From an uncultured Chlamydiae bacterium (GTDB taxonomy: Bacteria; Chlamydiota; Chlamydiia; Chlamydiales; SM23-39): a stretch of 64,000 nucleotides of DNA. Shown here in pieces: positions 1-10,230 of the stretch (within the stretch, counting starts at the first letter, position 1; each line of letters opens with the position of its first letter). Location of the stretch: positions 608,001 to 672,000 of the forward strand of contig CAVSSM010000001.1 in NCBI GenBank assembly GCA_963730605.1, in the 5' to 3' direction. The notes beneath the pieces are model-generated. The model saw only the letters and a program-made list of their open reading frames with translations, ran no database searches and had not been told where the DNA came from. A program made the translations under genes and the position numbers.

Positions 1-58
1 GAACCTATGAGAAGCTTTCTGAACATGGGCAAGGCTTTTTCCAACGATTTTAGCTCTG

Positions 59-1294
59 TACTACAGCGTTTCATTAATTTTGCCAATTGTGGGGTAAAGC
101 TTTTTTAGCTTGATTCTTGCGTCCTCAACTGTGAAGCGCCAGTCTATAACATGCGCATCCTTGTTTCTGCCCTCTAGCCAGGAGGCAACTTCTTTTTTAA
201 CCTCGACTATGTCTCTTAGGCGTCGGTTTAAACATTGCCTGGAAAGGTGGCTTAATTCGATTTCTGCCATGTTTAACCAGCTCCCATGTTTCGGCGTATA
301 ACGAAATTCCAGACGGTCTACGATCCTTTTCGCCTCTTTGGGCGGCAGAAGCTCATAAAGAGCAGCACCTGTATGGATATTTAAATTATCGCAGACCAAG
401 AGGATCTTTTTTGCCTTGGGATAATGCTCCTCTACAAGTTTCTGTATATGTTTGGCCCAATCCAATCGAGTCCTTCTCTCCGAAACATCAATGTATCGTT
501 TCCCTGTTAGTGGCTCAAAACTCAGCAGAATATTACTCACGCCATTGCGCTCATATCCTGTATCAAAGCGTTCAACCTTACCTCGTTTTGCTGGAATGTT
601 ATCCAGCTTTCCTGCCTCGTGTTGCTTACTCGACTCATCCATGCAAATCATTGGATATTCTGGATTGTATGGGCACTTATAGAGGCCTAACACATTTTCC
701 ATTCGGCAAACAAAGTCAGCGTTTTCCTCAGGAGGAATACACCATTCTTTCTTTAGCCAGGGCTTAAGTTCATTTTTTTTAAAGTGCGATGGACTGTGCT
801 TCTGGAAATAGAATCAATAACTTCTAGCTGAACCAGTCTTTCGCTTAACAATCTCAAGGTCCATTCTTTGCGCCCTTCCGGAGGGGCCCCGCAACATATG
901 GCAACCAGATGGGCTTCTTGATCACCATCGAGTTTTCTTGGTTTGTATTGGCGATGTTTTTTTCGGTGCAAAGCAGCTTCCAGTCCATCGTTTGCGAAAG
1001 ATTCTCTGACTCGATGTACAGTGCGTTCGTGAATATTCAACCCTGCCGCAATAGCTTTTGCTCTCAAACCCGGCCCCTCTTCACCAGAATCTGCCTGCAA
1101 TAGTATTCGAGCATGAGTGATTGTTTTTGCCTTCTGCTTTCCTTTATGCACAACTTCGAGTAATTGCTTGCGCTGACTAGGTGTTAACTTGACTTTATAC
1201 TTCTTTCGCATACCTGCACTCCCACGAATTTTACAAGGCGTCAAGTATATTTTTTATCAAGAAATTATGTCAAAATTAATGAAACGCTGTAGTA
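59..1294 (-). mobile_element. IS630-family insertion sequence, apparently intact (61-1292) with TA target duplication
   Basis: Perfect terminal inverted repeats TA-CTACAGCGTTTCATTAATTTTG (59-82) and CAAAATTAATGAAACGCTGTAG-TA (1271-1294); encloses an HTH ORF and a DDE ORF. Confidence 0.93.
61..1244 (-). CDS. IS630 transposase in two ORFs (753-1244 HTH; 61-~780 DDE) joined by a probable programmed -1 frameshift
   Basis: Motifs ICMDES, VCDNLNIH, YTPKHGSWLNMAEIE; A8 run near 773-780, and the -1 frame continues KKNELKPWLKKEWCIP. Confidence 0.9.
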
Positions 1295-1810
1295 CAAAGT
1301 CCAATCCCATAACCTGCATCGCGGTTCTGACTCTCTTTTGGCCTGCGAAAAATTCTTGTGATTTCATCGCTACTGTCATCCGCCGCCGCCCGTAATAGAG
1401 ATGCTGAAGATACTCCTCATCGATCGCACGCATGAGTAGCAAAGCCGCTTCTGAAGGTTTTCTTGGCTCATAGTATAACCCTGAGCGGCCAACGCCGAGA
1501 AGTTCACACTGCTCCCTCTTGGAGAATCGGCCTTCTCTTTCGCCTCTTCACTCGTCTTAGAGGCTTTTCTGGACTTTTCAAAAATCTGAACCCCCATCTC
1601 TAAGAAATGCTTTTTCCAATCGGAGAGCACTATGGGGTGTACCCCAAATTCTCCAGCGAGCTGCGTTGCCGTTTTCTCTCCCTTACTTCCATCACCACCT
1701 TGAGCTTGACTCAGGCGAATGCTTCCTCCGAATCCGGGTCATTTTTCTGCCTCCATTTCTTCGGAGGTTATTAGCTTAGACAGTGGTCCGAATTTTTGGG
1801 ACCATTATAC
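1295..1810 (-). pseudogene. Degenerate IS3-family element interrupted by the IS630
   Basis: Broken orfA (MTRIRRKHSPE..KLKVVME..LAGEFGVHP..LSDWKK) and orfB start (AIDEEYLQHLYYGRRRM); IR-like end near 1780-1810. Confidence 0.75.
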
Positions 1811-2564
1811 CAAGAAGTTCGTCGCGACTCGGTTTAATGCCGCCCTGAGTTTTTATTATTTCTTTGGTCTTTCGCGTCCAATGAAAAATATTTGCAAAAA
1901 AATTGATTCCATATAATGCATCCCAGTTCCATTCTTTAGGCAATGAGAAGATTGGTGTTTTTGTTTTTTCAATTAAAAAAGAAAGAATAACATCATCTGC
2001 AGAAAAATCTTGATTAGAGGATAATGTCCATCTTGCTTGCTCTAACAAAATATCTATTCCATGCTGAAAAACAATCACTCCTCCGTTATAGATAGTGGAA
2101 CATGGAAAAGCTCCCTCAATTACTTCATCTTCTTGACGCATTGCGAGCGGCATATTGATTGAACAGTATTCAAATAAATTTCCGAGATAGCATAAGACTT
2201 CGCAGTCTAAATCCAACCATATAGATGTTTTATAAGGAGATTCGAGAAAAGCGAATGGTTTTTTAAACCAAGCTGAGCGAGAAGCCCAATTGAAATTCCA
2301 TTTATCCCATGCATTTTCTAATTCTGAAGAAACCTCTTGTCGGGATTTGATAAAAGATTCATCGAAGCCGACTGCAACGACATCACCGTGTTTTTGACAC
2401 CAAAGCTTTGCTTGCTTTGACATTCCAAAATCGCAAAACAAGACTGGATAGCTGTTATAGAAGGAATATCTCTCCCACCACCAGGGGAGGAGCCATTCTT
2501 GTTGTTGATCGCAGCCGCAGATCACTCCTCGTTCTTCATTGGGATTTCGAGTCCAACGTATCAT
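1776..2564 (-). CDS. Putative glycosyltransferase (GT-A-like, DxD motif)
   Basis: 262 aa ORF with W..KP..FLESP, IWLDLDCEV, YNGGVIVF; the last codons run into the IS3 end. Confidence 0.6.
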   Translation of the reverse strand: MIRWTRNPNEERGVICGCDQQQEWLLPWWWERYSFYNSYPVLFCDFGMSKQAKLWCQKHGDVVAVGFDESFIKSRQEVSSELENAWDKWNFNWASRSAWFKKPFAFLESPYKTSIWLDLDCEVLCYLGNLFEYCSINMPLAMRQEDEVIEGAFPCSTIYNGGVIVFQHGIDILLEQARWTLSSNQDFSADDVILSFLIEKTKTPIFSLPKEWNWDALYGINFFANIFHWTRKTKEIIKTQGGIKPSRDELLGIMVPKIRTTV

Positions 2565-2668
2565 GAAAAAAAGCCCATTTTTTTATCATGTTAGGATTTG
2601 GGCCATTTTTGTACAGTGCAGACATGGATCGATTTGGAATGCGCGATCTGTTTTGAAGCGAATATCAC

Positions 2669-2849
2669 TGAGAGGGTGTCTACAAAGTGAGGGAACGCCC
2701 GAGTTTTTGGATTATTTTGGCCGCTTTTCGACTTCAAAGCTTGGGGGACCATATACTGCTGTCGATATTGCCCCCCCAAGTCTTGAATCGAAAATCGGCT
2801 CAAAAGAACCGAAAAATCGACAGAAGCTCATTTTGCAGACACCCTCTGA
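2669..2849. mobile_element. Complete MITE, family D (GAGGGTGTCT ends, 3-bp TGA duplication)
   Basis: TGA|GAGGGTGTCTACAAA ... TTTGCAGACACCCTC|TGA; partial copies at 21644-21789 and 59107-59212 and a lone end at 7467-7483. Confidence 0.88.
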
Positions 2850-2896
2850 GCCAACCATTCCCTCCAAAAATTGACATGACCTTGTAATTGTGCAAG

Positions 2897-3070
2897 TATA
2901 CACAATAACCTGAAAAATTGATTTTTGACGGCGTCGAACAGCCACTCAATTTGAACCCACCTGCATTGCTCAACATATTCAAGTTGAGCTGCTTCGGAGC
3001 CGGCAAAGCCTAATTCAAATGAAGGGCGTCTCTTTGTCAAATTCCCTATTTTTCAGGTTGTTTGCGTATA
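2897..3070. mobile_element. TA-flanked MITE-like element
   Basis: Ends TATACACAATAACCTGAAAAAT and ATTTTTCAGGTTGTTTGCGTATA; internal GGCGTCG-ACAGCCACT-AATTTG shared with 4739-4989 and 59405-59482. Confidence 0.78.
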
Positions 3071-3093
3071 TGCTCAAAAATTATGGGTAATCC

Positions 3094-4527
3094 ATGAAAA
3101 GTCCGTCTCAGATGAGTATTATCCAAATTGAGCTGACGAATGCATGTCCTAAACGTTGCTCTAATTGTACTCGATTGCTTTCACACGTCAAAAAGCCATT
3201 TTTTATGGAGCTTGATTTTTTCAAAAAGGCGATCGACAGTCTAGATGGATTCGAGGGCATGGTTGGACTGATGGGGGGAGAACCCACATTGCATCCCGAT
3301 TTTGAAGAAATGGTTGAATACGCCGTTGCAAAAAGGCAGAAGCAATTTCAACCTAGCCTGCAATTTCGAGAGCCTATTGAAGACTTTGGCATGGATTGCG
3401 CTCAAACCTTGCAAAAAATTCATTATCCTCTTGGTCTGTTTTCAATGTGTGGTCCAACTTATTATAAACATTATGAATTGATTCAGGAACACTTTCATTA
3501 TCAGTGTCTCAATGATCATATGAATGAGGGCTTGCATCAGACTCTCTTAACTACTCGAAAGGAATTGTGCATTAGCGATGAAGAGTGGTACCCGTTGCGC
3601 GATGCTTGTTGGGTTCAAAATACTTGGAGCGCTTCTATTACTCCCAAAGGAGCATTCTTCTGTGAAATCGCAGCAGCTTTGGACATGGTATACAATGGTC
3701 CTGGCGGTTGGCCAGTGGAGCCGGGGTGGTGGAAACGGTTGCCAGATCAGTTTGGCAAACAGCTTGATTGGTGTGAACAGTGCGGTGCAGCTCTCAAAAC
3801 TCCTCGACGCAAAGGAAAAGAAGAAATCGAGGATATGAGTCCTCATCATTATGAAAAACTAAAGCAGCTAGGTAGTCCGGCCATCAGAAAGGGCAAGCTT
3901 CAAATACTCGATGTTGAGCAATATAAACCGGAAAACTACACTCCAAATTCTGATTGGTACATGCCCGATAATGAAAAGCTGAGTCGATACAAACAAGATA
4001 ATCCATCGCTTAAGCCAAAGAGAATCGATGCCATCATTCTCTGTAATGGAGTGTCCGAAGATCTATTGCAGATACTCGAGCACACCCTGTCACAAGTCGA
4101 CACGGTGACAGTGGTTGCCGCTGAGGCAGATTCAGCGACCATGGCGATTGTTCAGAAACAACAAGAAAGGATGGTTGATTCTTCTAAACTTCAGTTAGTC
4201 GCCTCATCTCCAGACGATATGCTTCAAGCTGGATTTAATGCAGTAAATCCCAAGGATTGGGTGTTGTTCTTAAATCCAACTTTGCGGTTACCTAGAAATT
4301 ATTCCAAACTCAAAAACATAGTTATCAATCCGGGTTGCCTTTATTACGTGGAGGGCTCCGAAATTGAAGTTTTGGAAGAATCGCAATCGTCTCTTGCGAT
4401 GCCGAGATTCTGTCTGTTCAATGTGCTGGCACGGAGTCTGCGAGGCCGCAAAGTTATTAATAAGGAGAATTTTTTCAATATTTGGCCGGAAGACAAACGG
4501 ATCTCTTTGCATGGCAAGATTGTATAG
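3094..4527 (+). CDS. Radical SAM protein with an additional C-terminal domain
   Basis: IELTNACPKRCSNC (CxxxCxxC), GGEPTLHP, further Cys motifs (CWVQ, FFCE, WCEQCG). Confidence 0.85.
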   Translation: MKSPSQMSIIQIELTNACPKRCSNCTRLLSHVKKPFFMELDFFKKAIDSLDGFEGMVGLMGGEPTLHPDFEEMVEYAVAKRQKQFQPSLQFREPIEDFGMDCAQTLQKIHYPLGLFSMCGPTYYKHYELIQEHFHYQCLNDHMNEGLHQTLLTTRKELCISDEEWYPLRDACWVQNTWSASITPKGAFFCEIAAALDMVYNGPGGWPVEPGWWKRLPDQFGKQLDWCEQCGAALKTPRRKGKEEIEDMSPHHYEKLKQLGSPAIRKGKLQILDVEQYKPENYTPNSDWYMPDNEKLSRYKQDNPSLKPKRIDAIILCNGVSEDLLQILEHTLSQVDTVTVVAAEADSATMAIVQKQQERMVDSSKLQLVASSPDDMLQAGFNAVNPKDWVLFLNPTLRLPRNYSKLKNIVINPGCLYYVEGSEIEVLEESQSSLAMPRFCLFNVLARSLRGRKVINKENFFNIWPEDKRISLHGKIV

Positions 4528-4738
4528 ATACATGCATGAAGCCGGATGACATCAACCTACTTAATCGGTTATATTACCTATAAAATAGGTATAGGCATGC
4601 TTGAGTATCTTTTTACTAACAAGAACAAAAACAAAGAAAACGCCCTATAGAACGGGCAAACAAACGAAACGGCGAGGTATACCACAGCATAAATCAGCGC
4701 TGATACACGAATCTATCCAACAAAATTTTCGTCGATTA

Positions 4739-4989
4739 TATACTGCTCAAAAAAAGTGAATCTGCCGGCGTCGGACAGCCACTGAATTTGAGACCCCACC
4801 TGCACCCCACCCCAAAGACGATGCGTCTTCGGGAACCCCGGCGCTAAACTTTTCAAGTTTAGCTGCTTCGGCGCCGACTTCGTCTGGCTCAAATTCAGGG
4901 CGCTGCTATGCACAAAAAATGTTCATTCAAGAACCTTTTGTGTGATTTCGCAGTGGCATTTTTCACTCTTTTTGATCGGTCGCAGTATA
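4739..4989. mobile_element. TA-flanked MITE-like element carrying a REP-like hairpin
   Basis: Ends TATACTGC..TCAAAAAAAGTGAA and TTCACTCTTTTTGA..GCAGTATA; hairpin CCCCAAAGACGATGCGTCTTCGGG at 4810-4833. Confidence 0.78.
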
Positions 4990-5064
4990 GTCGCTTTGAA
5001 TCCGCCTCGCCGAAGCGGCTTTTCCTCCAACGGATTCAGGTTAAAACCCAATTCCATATTTAAG

Positions 5065-6892
5065 CCTGACTTTGACACTTTGATCACCTAAAAACACATA
5101 AGAATTTGATTCTCAATATCTATCGAAAAAAATATGTTGTGCCTAAATAATTTTATTTTCATAAATATAATTTTGTAGTACATTGTTGTGCCATGTATGT
5201 AAGACTCAAGTCGTCAAAGAGCTCAAGGCACTCTACTCTCCAGATTGTTGAAGGCATTCGGGAGGGGAAAAAAGTTAGGCAGCGAGTAGTTGCATCTCTC
5301 GGCATTGTCAACGATCAAAAAAACCTGAAGAACCTTTTGAAGTTGGCTGAGAGTTTAATTCGGAAAATCGAAGAGCAGGGGCTCTCTGTCGCTCCTAAAG
5401 TTGAGATCAGCAAGCTCTTTCATACCATGACGGTTTACGATGGGTTCGGGACTGTCGTTAGCAGACTGATGCAGCTGACAGGGTTTTCCAAGATCCTTCG
5501 AGAAGCTCAGGGGAAAAACGAGTTCGATCTCGAAGAGACAATCAAACTGATGATCACCCAACGTCTCGATTTACCCAGCAGTAAACTACGAACATACGAG
5601 CGTCAAGTGGACCATGGTTTCGAGGGGATCGATTTGCATCATCTCTATCGGGCAATGGACACGATCGAGCCATTGAATGGTCAGATTCAAGAACAGGCAT
5701 TTAAATCTGCTTGTTCCATAAATAGTTGCCAAGTTGATTGCTTTTTCTTCGATGTAACAACACTGTATTTCGAGAGTATAACGCAAGATGAACTCAAGGA
5801 TTTTGGCTTTAGCAAAGATCAAAAACATCACAACGTACAGATCGTTTTGGCTCTCGTTGTTGATCAAGAGGGACTGCCACTTGCTTACGATACCTTCAAG
5901 GGCAATCTAGCAGAGACAAAAACACTCATCCCCGTACTCGAGTCGCTGAGGAGTCGTTTCTCTGTTCAGAACGTGACTGTGGTTTGCGATAGAGGGCTGG
6001 CAAGTAGTGCAAACGTCCAAGCTCTCCGAGCTGCTCAGTTTCATTACGTCATTGCTACAAAACTCCGTTCCATCTCGAAAAAACTCAAAATCAATGACCT
6101 ATCAGCTTATGTCCCTCTGCCCAACCAAGACGGCATCCCGGAGGCTGAGCGAGTTTTAGTTCGCACTATGGAGCATCCCCAGTATGAGGATGCCCTACTG
6201 ATTGCAACGTACAGTCCAAGCAGAGCAACAAAGGACAAACAGGACCGAGAACGGCTATTGCAAAAACTGCACAATAAAATAACCGATTCTCCAAACGAAG
6301 CCTCCCTTAAAAAAGTGATCAGTAATGCAGGTTATAAAAAATATACTACCGTTAAAACTGGTTCGTCGATCTCTCTCAATCAAGCAGCGATAGATGCCGA
6401 TGCTGCCTGGGATGGTTTTCATGGGATTGCAGTTTCGAATAGTGCAAAGTTGAATACGACAGAAGCGCTGGGGCGCTACCGAGACCTCTGGCATGTTGAA
6501 GAGACATTTCGCGTGGCTAAATCCACTCTTAAAACCAGACCTATTTTTCATTGGGCACCACACAGAATCCAAGCCCACATCCTCCTCTGTTTTATTACCC
6601 TATTTTTCGAGAGATTTTTGGAGGTTCTCCTACGACAGAAAAGCACGCCGCTTACGCCGGATAGAATCAGGTACTCTCTCTCAAAAGTTCATACGATGTA
6701 TTTCAAAGACTCAACCACAGACAAACAAGGAAAAATGGAATCCAGTCTCCCTGAGGATGCTGAGAATATTTTCGTAGCATTGGGAATTTCAGCAGAACGC
6801 ACAACCGGAATGAACAACGGATGTTGTGCCTAAATTTTCGTTCTTATCTATTTGTAATCTAATGACTTATCCTAACAAGTGTCAAAGTCAGG
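5065..6892 (+). mobile_element. IS1634-family insertion sequence
   Basis: Perfect 16-bp TIRs CCTGACTTTGACACTT (5065-5080) and AAGTGTCAAAGTCAGG (6877-6892). Confidence 0.9.
5193..6833 (+). CDS. IS1634-family DDE transposase
   Basis: FFDVTTLYFE, FGFSKD, VVCDRG, YRDLWHVEETFRVAKS, RPIFHW..RIQAH. Confidence 0.92.
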   Translation: MYVRLKSSKSSRHSTLQIVEGIREGKKVRQRVVASLGIVNDQKNLKNLLKLAESLIRKIEEQGLSVAPKVEISKLFHTMTVYDGFGTVVSRLMQLTGFSKILREAQGKNEFDLEETIKLMITQRLDLPSSKLRTYERQVDHGFEGIDLHHLYRAMDTIEPLNGQIQEQAFKSACSINSCQVDCFFFDVTTLYFESITQDELKDFGFSKDQKHHNVQIVLALVVDQEGLPLAYDTFKGNLAETKTLIPVLESLRSRFSVQNVTVVCDRGLASSANVQALRAAQFHYVIATKLRSISKKLKINDLSAYVPLPNQDGIPEAERVLVRTMEHPQYEDALLIATYSPSRATKDKQDRERLLQKLHNKITDSPNEASLKKVISNAGYKKYTTVKTGSSISLNQAAIDADAAWDGFHGIAVSNSAKLNTTEALGRYRDLWHVEETFRVAKSTLKTRPIFHWAPHRIQAHILLCFITLFFERFLEVLLRQKSTPLTPDRIRYSLSKVHTMYFKDSTTDKQGKMESSLPEDAENIFVALGISAERTTGMNNGCCA

Positions 6893-7451
6893 ATTAGACC
6901 AAGATACCCTTGCACTGCGCGTCGCAAAAAAGAAAGGTGCATCTTCATGGAAAAAACCGGTTCTATATACTACTCTTACAACAATCGCAGGATTAGCGAC
7001 AGCCTATCTCTTTTATCAATTGGGTCGTTCTCAAGCTAATTCTTGCCCTGTGTGCACATGCCCGGAAGCTTCCAAACTGCAATCAGAACTATCAAAATGC
7101 CAACAAAAAATACCGGACATTTCCAAACTGCAATCAGAACTATTAAAATGGCAACAAAAAATACCGGACATTTCCAACCTGCAATCAGAATTATCAACAT
7201 ACCAACAAAAGTTCAATAAATGCAAAGACGTCCTCACTAGATTCCGAGACACATGCGAAGACGCCCTCAATAGATACGAAGACGCCTTCACTAGATACGA
7301 AGACGCCTTCACTGGATACAAAGACGCCTTCACTGGATACAAAGGCGCCTTCACTGGATACAAAGACATCTTCAATGTATGCATGGCCTCACACACTGAG
7401 ACTATTGCGGACATCAATAGGATTAGGCTTTCATTACCCAGGGTTAAGTAG
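6879..7451 (+). CDS. Membrane-anchored coiled-coil repeat protein, probably 5'-truncated by IS1634
   Basis: One hydrophobic helix (VLYTTLTTIAGLATAYLFY), 17-aa and 7-aa repeats; the ORF start lies inside the IS TIR. Confidence 0.55.
   Translation: MSKSGLDQDTLALRVAKKKGASSWKKPVLYTTLTTIAGLATAYLFYQLGRSQANSCPVCTCPEASKLQSELSKCQQKIPDISKLQSELLKWQQKIPDISNLQSELSTYQQKFNKCKDVLTRFRDTCEDALNRYEDAFTRYEDAFTGYKDAFTGYKGAFTGYKDIFNVCMASHTETIADINRIRLSLPRVK
7070..7382 (+). repeat. Coding tandem repeats: about 3 x 51 bp and about 6 x 21 bp
   Basis: TTCCAAACTGCAATCAGAACTA.. units (7070-7210) and GAAGACGCCTTCACT(A/G)GATAC units (7257-7382). Confidence 0.9.
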
Positions 7452-7521
7452 CATGAAGCAAACTAATTGTAGACACCCTCTCAGGAGCAACGGAGAGAGC
7501 ATGCCCTTTTGGTCGAAAGTT

Positions 7522-9477
7522 TTATCCGACCGCCAAAATGGCCGAATGGGGGATCAGTTCCAAAGTAGCGGGGAGATCAGGGCCATTCGAGGGGTCTTTC
7601 AAATGATTTTCCCCCCAAGGGCGGTCTGTTCGAGCGGCTTCCTTCCATGAGCCGGGTGGCAAAGTCACCCAATGAGAGTTGAAATCAGCGTTGAAGGCGA
7701 AATAGACCGCTGGCTTTCCTTTAAGCGTACAAGCGACGAACCGGTTTTGCGGACCCCAATCGGCCTGAAAAGGCTGGACCCCGTGCCAATCGACATCCTT
7801 TTGGGTCAGAAAATGGTTTTGGTGAAGCTGGGGGTGCGCTTTCCGGAAGGCAATCACTGCCGCCGTAAAATCGAAGATCTCCCGATGCTTTTCCAATTCG
7901 TCCCAAAGAAACCAATTGGTCTCATTGTCCTGGACGTAGGGGTTATTGTTGCCTCTCCGAGTATGTCCGTATTCATCGCCCATGAGGAGCATGGGGATCC
8001 CTTGAGAAAGAAAAAGCGTAAGAAGGAAGTTGCGGATTTGTCTTGCCCTGAGCTCCACAATTTTTGGATCGTCAGTCGGCCCTTCGTGGCCGCAGTTCCA
8101 GCTCAGGTTTTGGTTTGAGCCGTCTTGTCCATTCTCGCCATTATCATTGTGCTTTTGATTGTAGGAAACAAGATCCCTCAGGCAAAACCCATCGTGGGCG
8201 GTGACGAAATTGATGCTCGAGAGCGGGGAGTGCTTCCGATAGAGAAATTCGCTGCCGGAGATTACATCCGCAAACTTTTCCGAAAAACCGTCGGTGCCCT
8301 TCAGGAAAGAGCGTGTATGGTCGCGGAATCTCCCGTTCCAATCGGACCAGGGGCCAAAATCGGGAAAAGCCCCTACTTGATAAAGGCCGGCAGCGTCCCA
8401 AGCTTCCGCAATCAGCTTCCGTTTACAAAGGAGCGGATCGGAGGCGATTTTTTGAAGCAGCGGAGGATTTTTCATGACTTGTCCATCGGTCCCCCGCGTC
8501 AAGATAGAAGCGAGGTCGAACCTAAATCCGTCGACTTGCATCTCGTCCGCCCAGAAACGCAAAGAGGAGAGGATCATTTCCTGCACGGCTGGATGATTCG
8601 CGTTCACGGTATTTTTGCAGCCCGTAAAATCTCTATAGTTTCCCAATTCGTCGACCATGTAGTAAACCGCGTTGTCAATCCCTCGGAAGTTGAACTTGTA
8701 GTCCTTGTCTCCCGCTTCTCCGGTATGATTGTAGACGACGTCGAGAATGACCTCGATCTTGTTGCGGTGCAGTTCGCGGACAAGAGTTTTGAATTCATGA
8801 ACCGGGTCTTTTTCCGCAGCATAGCGGCGCATCGGGGAAAAATAGAAAAGGGGATCGTAGCCCCAATAATTCACCTTGTCTTCGTGCTTGGGATTGCACC
8901 GGGTTTCATCGAATTCGAACATCGGCAATAATTCCACCGCATTGACGCCGAGAGCTAAGAGATAGGGGATTTTTTCAATCATCCCGAGATAGGTGCCGGG
9001 ATTCTTCGACCCGCTAGAGCCATGAAAGGTAAACCCTCGGACGTGCATCTCATAAATGACGAGATCCGATAGAGGGATCGAAGGAAGGTCTATTTTTTGC
9101 CAATCGAAGGGAGAAGCGGCCTTGCAAAGAGACCAGACCCCGCCGGTTCCCTCTCCCCATTTTAGGGAAGTTGCGGGATATCTCGAAAAAGGGTCCGCCA
9201 GCCAAATATCGGGATCGAAAAGGTTGCCGGGGTTTGGCGGGCCCTCGACGCGAAAGGCATATTCCGATCTTGCCGCCGCTCCACTCACGGCAGCATGCCA
9301 GACGTCTCCTGTCCGCTCTAGAGGGATTTCCTGTACCTTGCCGGCCGATCTTAACCCTAAGGCCACTTTTGAAGCATGGCTTGAGTAAATGGCGAAATTT
9401 GCAAGGCCTCCTTGGATCGAAAGACCCAACGGCTCTGGATTCCCGGGATAAACTAAAATTTTTTCTCGCATATCCAC
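7522..9477 (-). CDS. glgX: Glycogen debranching enzyme / isoamylase (GH13)
   Basis: IYEMHVRGFT, NYWGY, DVVYNHTGE, DGFRFDLAS, INFVTAHDGF, SWNCG.EG. Confidence 0.95.
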   Translation of the reverse strand: MDMREKILVYPGNPEPLGLSIQGGLANFAIYSSHASKVALGLRSAGKVQEIPLERTGDVWHAAVSGAAARSEYAFRVEGPPNPGNLFDPDIWLADPFSRYPATSLKWGEGTGGVWSLCKAASPFDWQKIDLPSIPLSDLVIYEMHVRGFTFHGSSGSKNPGTYLGMIEKIPYLLALGVNAVELLPMFEFDETRCNPKHEDKVNYWGYDPLFYFSPMRRYAAEKDPVHEFKTLVRELHRNKIEVILDVVYNHTGEAGDKDYKFNFRGIDNAVYYMVDELGNYRDFTGCKNTVNANHPAVQEMILSSLRFWADEMQVDGFRFDLASILTRGTDGQVMKNPPLLQKIASDPLLCKRKLIAEAWDAAGLYQVGAFPDFGPWSDWNGRFRDHTRSFLKGTDGFSEKFADVISGSEFLYRKHSPLSSINFVTAHDGFCLRDLVSYNQKHNDNGENGQDGSNQNLSWNCGHEGPTDDPKIVELRARQIRNFLLTLFLSQGIPMLLMGDEYGHTRRGNNNPYVQDNETNWFLWDELEKHREIFDFTAAVIAFRKAHPQLHQNHFLTQKDVDWHGVQPFQADWGPQNRFVACTLKGKPAVYFAFNADFNSHWVTLPPGSWKEAARTDRPWGENHLKDPSNGPDLPATLELIPHSAILAVG

Positions 9478-9657
9478 TCAATAGAAATTTGCATTGAATT
9501 TTATTTTCATTTCAACTAAAATTGTACTAGGACAAAATTTAGTGGAATGATTTTTCGACTTTTTCCTTGCTTTGCAAGGGCGTCCGGATTATACAAGAAG
9601 CTTGCGTTTTACGAGTTGCTAGAGTTAAGATGCTAAAAACTTTTTAGGAGGGAACCA

Positions 9658-10173
9658 ATGTCTTATGAGAACGCCAAGGCCAACTTGAAGGAGTTCGGCA
9701 AAGAGCTCAATTTAGAAGGTCTTGATTTTGACGAGAATTTTACCTGTATTCTCGGGATCGACAACACTTTTTCGCTGCACATTACTTATGAGCGTAATTC
9801 GGACCGTCTCTATCTCTACTCGCCCATTCTCGACGGCCTTCCCAAAGATGATAGAACCAAACTGAAGCTGTATGAGAGGCTGCTCGAAGGCTCCATGCTC
9901 GGCGGCCAAATGGCTGGCGGCGGGGTAGGCATCGCGCTCAAGGAAGAGCTGATCCTGATGCATTGCGTCATCGACATGGGCCTTGGCGTCGATGCGGCAG
10001 CTCTCCGACGTTTTGCCCCTCTTTTTGTGGAAACGGTTGAAAAATGGCGCGAGATCGTAACGAAAATCATGAATGGCGAAGAGCCTGGCCCATTCCAATT
10101 CCCAGCGCCCCCGCAAGAGCAGCAAGCCTTTGGCGCGGGAGCCAAACCTGGCGAGCGGTACATCAAGATCTAA
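9658..10173 (+). CDS. slc1: CesT-family type III secretion chaperone (chlamydial CT043/Slc1-like)
   Basis: FSLHITYE..SDRLY.YSP.LDGLP..LYE.LLEGSMLGGQMAGGGVG matches chlamydial Slc1 as I recall it; divergent from glgX as in Chlamydia. Confidence 0.85.
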   Translation: MSYENAKANLKEFGKELNLEGLDFDENFTCILGIDNTFSLHITYERNSDRLYLYSPILDGLPKDDRTKLKLYERLLEGSMLGGQMAGGGVGIALKEELILMHCVIDMGLGVDAAALRRFAPLFVETVEKWREIVTKIMNGEEPGPFQFPAPPQEQQAFGAGAKPGERYIKI

Positions 10174-10188
10174 TCGAGAGAACTCGTG

Positions 10189-10224
10189 AAAAGAAACGCA
10201 CTAAAAGTGCGTTTTCTTTTTTTT
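10189..10224. terminator. Bidirectional intrinsic terminator
   Basis: AAAAGAAACGCAC-TAAAA-GTGCGTTTTCTTTTTTT between convergent slc1 and dnaA. Confidence 0.75.
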
Positions 10225-10230
10225 AGTAAA

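Noticed and set aside
7257..7382. 21-bp repeats as CRISPR repeats or iterons
   Set aside because: They are in-frame heptad coding repeats without spacers.
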